Positions 1-8,407 of a DNA stretch of 64,000 bases are shown in pieces; positions within the stretch are counted from its first letter, which is position 1; the number at the start of each line of letters is the position of its first letter. Under the pieces are notes generated by a model. It did not search any database. It was not told where the DNA came from and saw only the letters and a program-made list of their open reading frames with translations. The translations under genes and the position numbers were made by a program. This stretch comes from an uncultured bacterium (GTDB taxonomy: Bacteria; Myxococcota_A; UBA796; CAJQPC01): assembly GCA_905480105.1 (NCBI GenBank), contig CAJQPC010000071.1:55594-119593 (forward strand), read 5' to 3'.

Positions 1-227
1 CACGCCAGGCAAAGCGAGAGGGGGACACCCCACCCGCAGACCTGCACACCAGCGTACTCATGGAGCGACAGGGTGCTCTGAATTGGATCGCCTGCAGAAA
101 CGACGCCGACTGGGACCAGGTCGACACCCAGACCTGATGGAACACGAGCGAGACTCGGCCACAAATCAACGCTCCGACCACTCAAAACCACCCTCAGCGA
201 TCCCGCTCGCCTACCGTCCAGCTTGCA

Positions 228-917
228 TTGAGTCCCAACGTGCCCACCCCACCAGACATTCTGACCTACTACGAGCGCTTGGCGCCCACCTACGACGTGG
301 ATCGGTTTCAAAACTCCTACGGCCGCCACATCCACGCCCAGGAGACGCGTATTCTACGAGAGTTTCTGCCCGCATCAGGCCAAGTTTTGGACCTGGGGTG
401 CGGCACCGGCCGCTTCTTGGACCTGGCCACCGCAGGCACGGATCCCAGCCCAGCCATGCTGCAACAGGCGCGCATTCGTTACCCGGCACACGATCTACGT
501 CCCATGCCCACCCAAGACCTACCCTTCAAGCCCGGCACCTTCGACGCCGCCTTCAGCATGCACGTCTTTATGCACCTGAATTTGGCTAGGATACAAGCCT
601 TGCTCCAAGAGCTGCACCGGGTCGTGCGGCCAGGCGGCCACATCATTGTGGACGCACCTTCCCTGTCCCGCAGGCGACTCACACGAACACAACCCAGCGG
701 TTGGCATGGCGCGACAGCATTGGACTCTGGCCACCTGAGTGGCCTGGCAGGCCCTGGCTGGCGCTTGGTATCGGACCAGGGCATCCTGACCTTGCCCGTA
801 CACAGGTTCCCAGATTGGCTGCGCACCCCACTCCTCCCAGCCGACGAGGCCCTGTCCAAAGGCCCGCTGCGACGCCTCTCATCCTACAGAATCTACAAAT
901 TCCAAAGGTTAATGTGA
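228..917 (+). CDS. class I SAM-dependent methyltransferase
   Basis: 229-aa ORF with SAM-binding motif I VLDLGCGTGRF and a downstream RPGGHIIV segment. TTG start per ORF track; exact start uncertain. Confidence 0.8.
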   Translation: MSPNVPTPPDILTYYERLAPTYDVDRFQNSYGRHIHAQETRILREFLPASGQVLDLGCGTGRFLDLATAGTDPSPAMLQQARIRYPAHDLRPMPTQDLPFKPGTFDAAFSMHVFMHLNLARIQALLQELHRVVRPGGHIIVDAPSLSRRRLTRTQPSGWHGATALDSGHLSGLAGPGWRLVSDQGILTLPVHRFPDWLRTPLLPADEALSKGPLRRLSSYRIYKFQRLM

Positions 918-1627
918 GCTTCACACTGACCCTGCGGCGACACCTGCGGCAATTGCAGCGTTCTGTAGTCGATCGTCCCACGGCCTCGACTTGGCTACAA
1001 CAGAACACACCACAGACAGATTGGCTCGAACAATTACACCTTACCCAGGTCGTAAAGCCATCCTCCAGCACCGCGGCGAAGCTCAACAACATCGCTCTTG
1101 CCGCGAGTCACATCAACGACCGCGAGTGGGTGCCTGATCAGCGTTTTGTATTCTGGCACCTTGTGGGCCAACCCAGTCAGGAAAGGGGTTTCCAAGCCGG
1201 CCGCAGTCTGCTTGGAGGCGAGCTGGTCTCGGACATGGGTGGCGGACTGTGTCAGCTGGCGGGAGGAATGTATCACTTGGCCCTGCAAGCCGGCTTGGGA
1301 ATCGAGGAGCGACACAACCACAGCGTTGATCTGTACACACCGGCCACGCGCTATACCCCCCTGGGATCTGACGCTGCCGTGGCCTGGGCGTTCAAAGACC
1401 TGCGCCTAATCAATACGCTGGGTCAAAACATAGCCTGGCGAATCACCATTCGAAAAGACGCCGTACGCTTTGCACTTCACGCGGAGCACCCAATCGCGGA
1501 GTGCCCCATTCGTTTCGAACGGCTTCCGGACCTGGTTGGAGGCCGCCAAGTTCGTACCTGGCGTGCCAGGGGAGGAGCAGTGGAGCAGATCAACCACTCT
1601 ACTTACAAGTTGCCCATACAGAGCTAA
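914..1627 (+). CDS. VanW family protein
   Basis: ORF 701..1627 trimmed to in-frame GTG 914, which overlaps the upstream stop as GTGA (914-917). VanW-like core GGGLCQLAGGMYHLALQAGL...ERHNHS. Start uncertain. Confidence 0.65.
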   Translation: MSFTLTLRRHLRQLQRSVVDRPTASTWLQQNTPQTDWLEQLHLTQVVKPSSSTAAKLNNIALAASHINDREWVPDQRFVFWHLVGQPSQERGFQAGRSLLGGELVSDMGGGLCQLAGGMYHLALQAGLGIEERHNHSVDLYTPATRYTPLGSDAAVAWAFKDLRLINTLGQNIAWRITIRKDAVRFALHAEHPIAECPIRFERLPDLVGGRQVRTWRARGGAVEQINHSTYKLPIQS

Positions 1628-2019
1628 TCAGTTCCGAGACGAGCCAAGACACTCTCAGGCAACGCAATCAGCTTGTACTCTCTGTCCACACAAGCCAGCT
1701 CGACCTGACCGTCCACCATAGGGAACTTGCCATCGGGGCGCCAAATTTGCTGTGTGAACACCAAGCGATAATTGCTCTCCTTTTTGACCGAAGTACGCAC
1801 CTGTACCAGATCCCCAAAGCGTGCGCCCTCCTTGAACTTTAATGTAGCCTTGTACACGACAAAGCCCACACCGTCCTGGTCCCACATCCGAACCAACTCG
1901 GGCACACCCAGCAGGTGCTCACGAGCGCGCTCAAAATACTTTAGATAATTGGCGTGATAAACCACGCCCGAATGGTCGGTGTCTTCGTAATAGATCTGGA
2001 CGGGCAGGATGGTGTTCAT
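1624..2019 (-). CDS. acyl-CoA thioesterase, YbgC/4HBT hotdog family
   Basis: 131-aa ORF. N-terminal IYYEDTDHSGVVYHANYLKYFE motif is typical of 4HBT-type thioesterases. Confidence 0.85.
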   Translation of the reverse strand: MNTILPVQIYYEDTDHSGVVYHANYLKYFERAREHLLGVPELVRMWDQDGVGFVVYKATLKFKEGARFGDLVQVRTSVKKESNYRLVFTQQIWRPDGKFPMVDGQVELACVDREYKLIALPESVLARLGTD

Positions 2020-2337
2020 CCCCGCCTATTAACGTCCCCTGGTGCATCCGTTCAACCAAGGGACAAGGACGTCCCTGATCAATGAAACTGCGCGAGCCAC
2101 TGCGGCCGCAAACACACGTGCACAGACACTCGGCGTGAACAGCGGGGGACGGTCTGGGGCGAGACCTGGACCATGGACCGCACACCTGGGCCGGGATTCC
2201 TATTCCCTGACATTTGCCGAATCGGAAGCCGAGCAGCCAGAAAGGAAGGATTTTTCGCGAACCACTGGCCCGATCCATTGTCCGGTAAAACACGGGCGGC
2301 GCTCAGGGCACCGCTCAGTGAGACACGGAGACGCGCG

Positions 2338-3630
2338 ATGTCGCTCAACAGCACTGCTCTGCCTGCAACACGGGCCCTACGAATCGGAGTCGTCCACAAA
2401 GGACGCGTGGTGCACGAGCAAGTCTTCTCAGAGTCCGAGCGCATCCGTATTGGCAGCGACCGCAACGCCGATATCGTCCTGGCGCCGGGGACAGTCCCTC
2501 GCTGCCGAACGCTGTTCAACAAGCAGGGAGATGCCTGGCAGCTCTGTCTACAGGCCCAGGATCAAGGTCGTCTCTCCAAAGGTCCCATTCGGGATCTGGC
2601 TCAGTGCATCGCCGCTGGGAAGACCCAAGTCTCTCTGGATTGCAGCGGGAAAGGCAAGATCTCCCTCGGCCAGGTCACGGTACTCTTCCAACTCATCCCT
2701 GCACCCGCCGGCCGACTGCAAGCGGGGGCATTTAGGCCACGCCTTGTGGAAGAGGATGACCCCGTCTTCTTGGGTTCACTGGCGCTGATCTCCAGCGCCG
2801 CCGCTGTGCTGATGATCTGGGTGGTTCAGCAGGAGCCCCTCGTGCGCTTGACCATCGAGGAGGTGCCGCCGCACATCGCCGAGATGATCTTTGTGCAGCC
2901 GGCCCCCAAGCCAGTCCCAGAGCTTGGGGTCCTGAGGGATCCAGAGGCGCCTGCTACAGCAGTAAAGCGGGTGGAGACGCTCGTGGTGGAGCAGCCCGAC
3001 TTAGGTATCGGCAGCTCTCCACGCAGCGCCGGAGAACGCAAAGTTCTGGCACAACAGACCGTGCACAACGCCTTAGACGTCTTCGGTCTTGGAAACCAAG
3101 GGGAGTCCAGGTTCCAAACCCTAATCTCAGACCGCGGCTCAGAGGTCGAGGACCTATTTGCAGAAAAGATAGCCAACAGTATCGGGCAGGTTCAGACCGC
3201 CACGATGGGGCCGAGTATTCGACGTGGCAGCAACAGTGAACTGACCATTGGGTCAGTGGTCCTGGAGCAGACCGAGACCCACGCCAGTCAGGTAGCCACA
3301 AACCCGGTTGTTGATGTGATGGGTCGCGCACCCAACACAGAGGAGTTGGTCACAGGCGACAACCAGGCCCTAGAAAAGCTGCTGCGTAGGCAGCTTGGTC
3401 CCGCCGTAAAGACCTGCTACGAGCAGGTGCTCAACTCGAACCCGTCTGCAGAAGGCCGCATTGAGGTGCGCTTAGAGCTCTTCGACGGTGAGGTGATGGA
3501 GCTCACCATGGTCTACAACGAGATCGCCCCCCAGATGGGCACCTGCCTGAGCCGAGCCGCCAACCGGTGGAGTTTTGGCTTGGCCGAGGGCAGCGTGGTC
3601 ATGCCCTACGTACTGAGTCACTCTGAGTAA
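2338..3630 (+). CDS. AgmX/PglI-type C-terminal domain protein with FHA-like N-terminus
   Basis: ATG 2338 is preceded by GGAG (2327-2330). N-terminal IRIGSDRNADIVL segment is FHA-like, followed by a hydrophobic helix and Pro-rich linker. The C-terminal AVKTCYEQVL..GRIEVRLEL..TCLSRAANRWSF resembles the TonB-C/AgmX-PglI domain. Confidence 0.6.
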   Translation: MSLNSTALPATRALRIGVVHKGRVVHEQVFSESERIRIGSDRNADIVLAPGTVPRCRTLFNKQGDAWQLCLQAQDQGRLSKGPIRDLAQCIAAGKTQVSLDCSGKGKISLGQVTVLFQLIPAPAGRLQAGAFRPRLVEEDDPVFLGSLALISSAAAVLMIWVVQQEPLVRLTIEEVPPHIAEMIFVQPAPKPVPELGVLRDPEAPATAVKRVETLVVEQPDLGIGSSPRSAGERKVLAQQTVHNALDVFGLGNQGESRFQTLISDRGSEVEDLFAEKIANSIGQVQTATMGPSIRRGSNSELTIGSVVLEQTETHASQVATNPVVDVMGRAPNTEELVTGDNQALEKLLRRQLGPAVKTCYEQVLNSNPSAEGRIEVRLELFDGEVMELTMVYNEIAPQMGTCLSRAANRWSFGLAEGSVVMPYVLSHSE

Positions 3631-3735
3631 TACACCGCCGCTGCTCTAATGACCGTCACCAAAGTCTTGGCCCTTTCATCGCGCCCAAACAGCCCGGTCT
3701 GGCCAGACAAGACGGCCAAGTGGCCACGTCAAGTG

Positions 3736-4173
3736 CTACCGAGACGCCTCGCCAACGACAGAAATCACAAAGCACCGGTCTGAACGTTCCAAGCCGTGCT
3801 GCGGGTCCACCCAGACAGCCACCGCTGGGCCCGCGTAGACCGCCACACGAAACTCCAAGTCCAGCTCACTCACAGATTCCATGGCCTGAGGGTCCAAGAC
3901 GAGGTGACACATCGTGAGTGAGTGCTCTCCCAGGGCATATCCCGCCTGAAACCCATCCAAGCTCGAATCCGTCTCTACCGCAGTGCGCGCCCCCCTATTC
4001 GACCCGAGCCGCTGGCTCAGTAACGACCACGCATGTTCAAACATGGTTCGCACAACAAAGGCCGGCTCCGCGAGCCAACCCAACTTCCAGCCCGCCCACC
4101 AGGTCCCATACATGGTAGCGACAACGCAGCCGAGCAGGAGCAAGTCCTGAACCATGAGATTGGGCAACGTCAC
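3736..4173 (-). CDS. hypothetical membrane-associated protein
   Basis: 145-aa ORF. GTG start overlaps the gluQ stop (GTGA 4170-4173). N-terminal hydrophobic helix; no recognisable family. Confidence 0.4.
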   Translation of the reverse strand: MTLPNLMVQDLLLLGCVVATMYGTWWAGWKLGWLAEPAFVVRTMFEHAWSLLSQRLGSNRGARTAVETDSSLDGFQAGYALGEHSLTMCHLVLDPQAMESVSELDLEFRVAVYAGPAVAVWVDPQHGLERSDRCFVISVVGEASR

Positions 4174-5000
4174 GCTCTAAACCCAGGAAGAAGAGTGTTC
4201 AGATTTGGGGCTACGCAGGTCCCTCCCTGCACCTTCGACGCGTCGAATTCAGCGCCGGCCAAACCCTGGCCTTGGCAGCCCAGCAGCGGCAGCAAAGCAG
4301 CCCAGATCTGTTCTTGTGTCACCCCAGCATCCCGGAGCGCACGAATTTCTGTGCTGCCGTGGCTCTTGCTCAGCTTGCGGCCATCCGGGCCCAGGAGCAG
4401 GGGCACATGCAGCCAGCTTGGTTGTGCCCAACCCAAGTATTGATAGATCTCTACCTGCACCGCGGTAGGCTCCAGCAGGTCTCCCCCACGCACGACCTGT
4501 GTCACCCCATCCAAATAGTCGTCCAGCACGACAGCCAGTGGGTAGCCAGGCTCACCGCCACGCCGCAAAAGCACCGCGTCTTGGTCCGGAACGAAACTCT
4601 GGGGCCCTTGCGCCCTGTCCAGAAAATGTATCAATTCTTGCTTGGAGCGCAGCCGCACCGCCCCCGTCACTGATGGTGTATCCCGGTGCGAACACACTCC
4701 AGCCAAGCGCCGCTTTCGGCTGCAGTCACACCGGTAGGTCGGCAAGCCCTCAGTCCGGTAGCTACGAGTGGACTGGGCCGGAACCTCACGATCCCAGTGT
4801 AGCCCAAGCCACTCCAGATCTCGCCGCTGCCCGTCCGCGATATCCCTGCGTGACCGTCCTTGGTCCAGATCCTCCAGTCGCAGGAGCAGCTCGCCTTGCA
4901 CCGCGCGTACGGACAACCAGGCCGCACCAAAAGCCAAGGCGTTGCCCAGGTGCAGGTGCCCAGAGGGTGTGGGAGCCAAGCGACCCCGAGCGACGCCCAT
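4170..5000 (-). CDS. gluQ: glutamyl-Q tRNA(Asp) synthetase (truncated GluRS paralog)
   Basis: HIGH-like PSGHLHLGNA and KMSKS-like RKLSKSHG motifs; short length with no anticodon-binding domain. ATG at 5000 shares its A with the upstream TGA (TGATG 4998-5002). Confidence 0.85.
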   Translation of the reverse strand: MGVARGRLAPTPSGHLHLGNALAFGAAWLSVRAVQGELLLRLEDLDQGRSRRDIADGQRRDLEWLGLHWDREVPAQSTRSYRTEGLPTYRCDCSRKRRLAGVCSHRDTPSVTGAVRLRSKQELIHFLDRAQGPQSFVPDQDAVLLRRGGEPGYPLAVVLDDYLDGVTQVVRGGDLLEPTAVQVEIYQYLGWAQPSWLHVPLLLGPDGRKLSKSHGSTEIRALRDAGVTQEQIWAALLPLLGCQGQGLAGAEFDASKVQGGTCVAPNLNTLLPGFRA

Positions 5001-8000
5001 CAGCGCCCGCAGCTCAGATTCGCCTGGGTGGGATGAAAGACCTCGCGGGAGAGCCCCTCGGCGGCCACGTCCTGTGGTGAGAAAGGAATGGTCAGGGCCT
5101 GGTTGCCCAGCCACAACTCCGCTTGGTCTGCGAAGTGGGGATCGCCGGCCAAGCCGCTCTGCCCACCTGGGATGATGTTTACGACTTCGACGCTGTCTTG
5201 GCCCAGTGCAACGACCATGCGGAAGACTGGCCCAGAGCCATAGTCAAAGTTGTCCGTGGAAAAGCCGTTGTTGGCAGCGTCCACCGCCAGTGTGTCTCCG
5301 TGGCGAGGGAAACCGACCAAATCGTTCCGGGGGTCGTCCCGATCCAGGTCCGGCGCAATGGGGAGCAGGTCGGTGGTGATCGAAAAGGGCTCGGTCAGGA
5401 AGGAAAAGTCGTCTCCCAAGAAGCTGGCCAGGATGCTGTCAAAGCGCACAACATGCTTCAAACCCCAGATCCAGTTCTTCATCTCGGGGCTTCCGTAACC
5501 GCCGCGCTCTCGCTCTTCGCTCTCAGACTCCAGCCAGAGGAAGGAATCGAGCAAGGCCATAAGGGCAATCTCTTGAGAGACTTCTATTTCGGTCGTGTCC
5601 TTGATGTCGAAGAAGATGGACTCGCCGGTCTCCTCGTTCCAAGCCGCCAGCTCTCCAGGATTGTTCTCACCCCTCCCATCGACCATGAGGGTCAGGGCAC
5701 GGGTGATGCCGGTGGCGCCAGTGGGCTCCCAGACATCCGGCATGCCCTCGTCGCTAAACACCATGGACTGAAAGCGGCCCATCCATGCGTTGTGGATGGT
5801 CGTCGCCACAGCCATGGTGGCCTCGTTCTCTCCCGGGGTGTGATAAAAAGTTTCCACGCCAGACAGTGCAGGATAATCGGCGTCCTTCCAAGCCTGCAGA
5901 TAAACAAGGGCCTCATCCATACGGTCTGCATCCTGCAGATACAGGTCGAGAATGCGCGCCTCGATGTCTGTGAGAGGACCGTCGGTAGACGCCAAGACTT
6001 GAGCCAGCTCGATGGACTCCACCAATACGGGGCCAAAAGCCGCGCCCAGAGAGGACTTGATGTCCCCCTGGATACTCTGCATTTCTTCAATGTCTGCGCG
6101 GTTCTCAGCGATGGCCTGGGAAAGCAGTGTATCGATGCGGTCCGCACGGTAGCCCTCGATCCAGGAGCCGCCGATGTACCACGGATCGTTGGTCAGCGAA
6201 TCGTCGGTGCTGATGTTGCCTGGGTCGTTGTTCGCGGTGAACACATACCCCTGCTCAGGGTTGAGACTCTGTGGGTACACATCCAGTGGCACCACACACT
6301 TATAGGGGTCAGACTCCCCCTCCACCACCCAACCGTCGGCCGTGGGGATCTCAAAGCCAGAGTATCGGGTGCCGTCCAGGACCTGCTGCGGATTGGAGCC
6401 CGGCAGCCAGCTGCCATCAGCGGCACGCTCCAAGTACTCACGGCAGGGAACAGCCTGGTAGCCAGTGTAGTAGATCTGGCCACTAGAGTCGGAGACCGTG
6501 AAGTTCTGACTGTAGGCCACTAGACCCAGGGTGGCCTGACGGAAGTCTTGCACGGTCTCGCTGTGACCAAATGCGTCCAGCGCCTGGAGCATGTTCCCGT
6601 TGTCCAAACCGGTATAGTCAAAGCTCAAGGCGGTCACAATGCCGTCGCCGTCTATATCCTTGGGCACCACAAAGTCGCCGCCCAACATAATCACAGTCTC
6701 ACCGGACTGTACTTCATAGTCTGCGCTAACCGCATCCCCTTCTATGTCGGCCAGCCAGCGGCCATCAAAGGTGGTGTATCTCCGCCAGATCTCGGTGCGA
6801 CCCTGAGAGTCCAGCAGCGGGATGTCGGCCACAACAAAGGACTCATCCACAGCCGAGAGAGCCTTTTGCTCCCCTTGAAAGAGGGTGGAGAGAGGCGCGC
6901 CGTCGGCATCCAGGGTGAGTTCCTCGCGATACCAATCCGTGATGTCGCCCATCAGCTGGGTCTGACTCCAGGCAACCTTTCCGTTGGTACCCACTGCCAT
7001 GTAGGGCATGCCGGGGATGGTCAGACCCAGCTGGTGGGTGTCTCCGCCGCCAAGAAGCTCGGTGTCCAGGCCCACCTGCCAAAACAGGCCCGGGATATCC
7101 AGGGCCAAATGTCCGTCACCAGCCATCAGGCTACGGCCATCCGGAGTCGCACTGCCGGCCACGGCCCAGGCGTTGGACCCAAAGCCCATGTTCCAGTCGT
7201 GGCCCAGACGCTCCTGCAGCCTGTCATTGCGGTCAGCGGCTCGGTTGAGCAGACCTGTCTCAATGCGTTGAGCATGAGGATCCGCCTTGGGACTACCACC
7301 GGGCCCTGGGGGTCCTTCCACGCCCTGCTCGTTCCAGCCTCCTTCCGACGAAGAGGCCAGCTTCGGCGGTGCGACCCGCCACCAGATGTCCTGGTATACG
7401 CCTGCTTGACGGAGTTCCGCATAGGGGGCTCCGTCAAAGAGACCCGGCAAGGTCGCTTCTGTGCGGGCCCGTCCCACGTCCCCAGTCTCGTAGCCCAGGT
7501 TGTAGATAATGGTCGCGGCCACTCCAGCCACCGAGCGCCGGTCAAAGGGCTGCATCAGATCGGTGGACTCCTCGGCCCCCAGGAAGTTGCCGGCCAGCTC
7601 CAGCTCAGAGGGGGGCGGCACCGCACCGGTGGACGCCGCCAAGATGTATGCGTTGATGCCCTCGGCATATGCATCCATCCACTCCTCTTGATCTGGAGAG
7701 AGGTTGGCGAGCACCTGCTCGGCCACAAAGGTCATGCCGCTGGAACGGCTCTCCATGTCCGACTCCAAGGCATCGTTGCCCAAGAGCTCGGAGACCGTGC
7801 CCAAGCCCAAGCGACGGGCCAGGTCGATCTCGAAGAAGCGGTCCTGAGCAGCTACAAAGCCCATCACACGTGCCAGGTCCACGCGGTCCTCGGCGTAGAT
7901 GTGCGGGACATTCGCCTCCGTTCGCACCACCTGCGCCTCGCAGCGCAGGCCCGGTAGATATCGAGAGACATCCATCGGAACGCTCTCGATGACGGGAGGC

Positions 8001-8038
8001 TCGTAGGCGGGGGGGCATCCAAGGAGGATAAGCAGCAT
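5000..8038 (-). CDS. penicillin acylase family Ntn-hydrolase (lipoprotein)
   Basis: Contains GFGSNAWAVAG, the autoprocessing site with the nucleophile Ser of the beta-subunit (Ser codon 7177-7175). ATG 8038 is preceded by AAGGAA and gives the lipobox signal MLLILLGC. Over 1000 aa. Confidence 0.85.
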   Translation of the reverse strand: MLLILLGCPPAYEPPVIESVPMDVSRYLPGLRCEAQVVRTEANVPHIYAEDRVDLARVMGFVAAQDRFFEIDLARRLGLGTVSELLGNDALESDMESRSSGMTFVAEQVLANLSPDQEEWMDAYAEGINAYILAASTGAVPPPSELELAGNFLGAEESTDLMQPFDRRSVAGVAATIIYNLGYETGDVGRARTEATLPGLFDGAPYAELRQAGVYQDIWWRVAPPKLASSSEGGWNEQGVEGPPGPGGSPKADPHAQRIETGLLNRAADRNDRLQERLGHDWNMGFGSNAWAVAGSATPDGRSLMAGDGHLALDIPGLFWQVGLDTELLGGGDTHQLGLTIPGMPYMAVGTNGKVAWSQTQLMGDITDWYREELTLDADGAPLSTLFQGEQKALSAVDESFVVADIPLLDSQGRTEIWRRYTTFDGRWLADIEGDAVSADYEVQSGETVIMLGGDFVVPKDIDGDGIVTALSFDYTGLDNGNMLQALDAFGHSETVQDFRQATLGLVAYSQNFTVSDSSGQIYYTGYQAVPCREYLERAADGSWLPGSNPQQVLDGTRYSGFEIPTADGWVVEGESDPYKCVVPLDVYPQSLNPEQGYVFTANNDPGNISTDDSLTNDPWYIGGSWIEGYRADRIDTLLSQAIAENRADIEEMQSIQGDIKSSLGAAFGPVLVESIELAQVLASTDGPLTDIEARILDLYLQDADRMDEALVYLQAWKDADYPALSGVETFYHTPGENEATMAVATTIHNAWMGRFQSMVFSDEGMPDVWEPTGATGITRALTLMVDGRGENNPGELAAWNEETGESIFFDIKDTTEIEVSQEIALMALLDSFLWLESESEERERGGYGSPEMKNWIWGLKHVVRFDSILASFLGDDFSFLTEPFSITTDLLPIAPDLDRDDPRNDLVGFPRHGDTLAVDAANNGFSTDNFDYGSGPVFRMVVALGQDSVEVVNIIPGGQSGLAGDPHFADQAELWLGNQALTIPFSPQDVAAEGLSREVFHPTQANLSCGR

Positions 8039-8065
8039 GGGCGGTTCCTTTCCTAGCCACACGAC

Positions 8066-8404
8066 CTATCCGCCAGCACGCTCCCGCGCGAGGGCCCGCA
8101 AGGACAGGCGCCACGAGTCGACCAAGGCGTTCTTCATGCGCACCCGCCCGCGGCGCACCCGCCCTTGCGCCTCCAAAGCGCTCAAGACTTGGACCAGCGC
8201 CTGGATTCCATCCCTTCGGGCCAAGATGGGATTGTCCGGGTTCGCAGTCAGGCTTAGAGCAATATGGGGCGGCAAGCTGTCTAGGATCTGCGGCAGAGAA
8301 AACCCACCCATCGCCAACATTCTCAGCGCGGCGCCAGGGGTGCCGGGGAGAAGAACCCGCAGCAATGCGGCTTCCAGACTCGGATCGATGAAGTTAGTTT
8401 CCAC
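8066..8404 (-). CDS. hypothetical protein
   Basis: 112-aa ORF with GTG start and GC3-rich codons by hand inspection. No family recognised. Only 3 nt from the divergent GH92 start, so the start is doubtful. Confidence 0.4.
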   Translation of the reverse strand: METNFIDPSLEAALLRVLLPGTPGAALRMLAMGGFSLPQILDSLPPHIALSLTANPDNPILARRDGIQALVQVLSALEAQGRVRRGRVRMKNALVDSWRLSLRALARERAGG

Positions 8405-8407
8405 ACC

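Noticed and set aside
701-913. The N-terminal 71 codons of ORF 701..1627, and similar long N-terminal extensions in the ORF track (for example 2173, 4170..5114, 23387, 31035, 35789, 43450..44685).
   Set aside because: The extensions overlap the preceding well-supported gene and are Arg/Pro-rich. Internal starts with SD sequences, signal peptides or stop-start overlaps give family-typical N-termini.
5123-7957. Long antisense ORFs opposite well-supported genes, for example 5123..6523 and 6548..7957 opposite the acylase. Others are 16077..17111, 24857..25915, 41875..43203 and 47385..48257.
   Set aside because: These are typical high-GC shadow ORFs. They are rich in Arg/Gly/Ala/Val/His, lack motifs, and each is fully nested in a gene with clear family signatures on the other strand.
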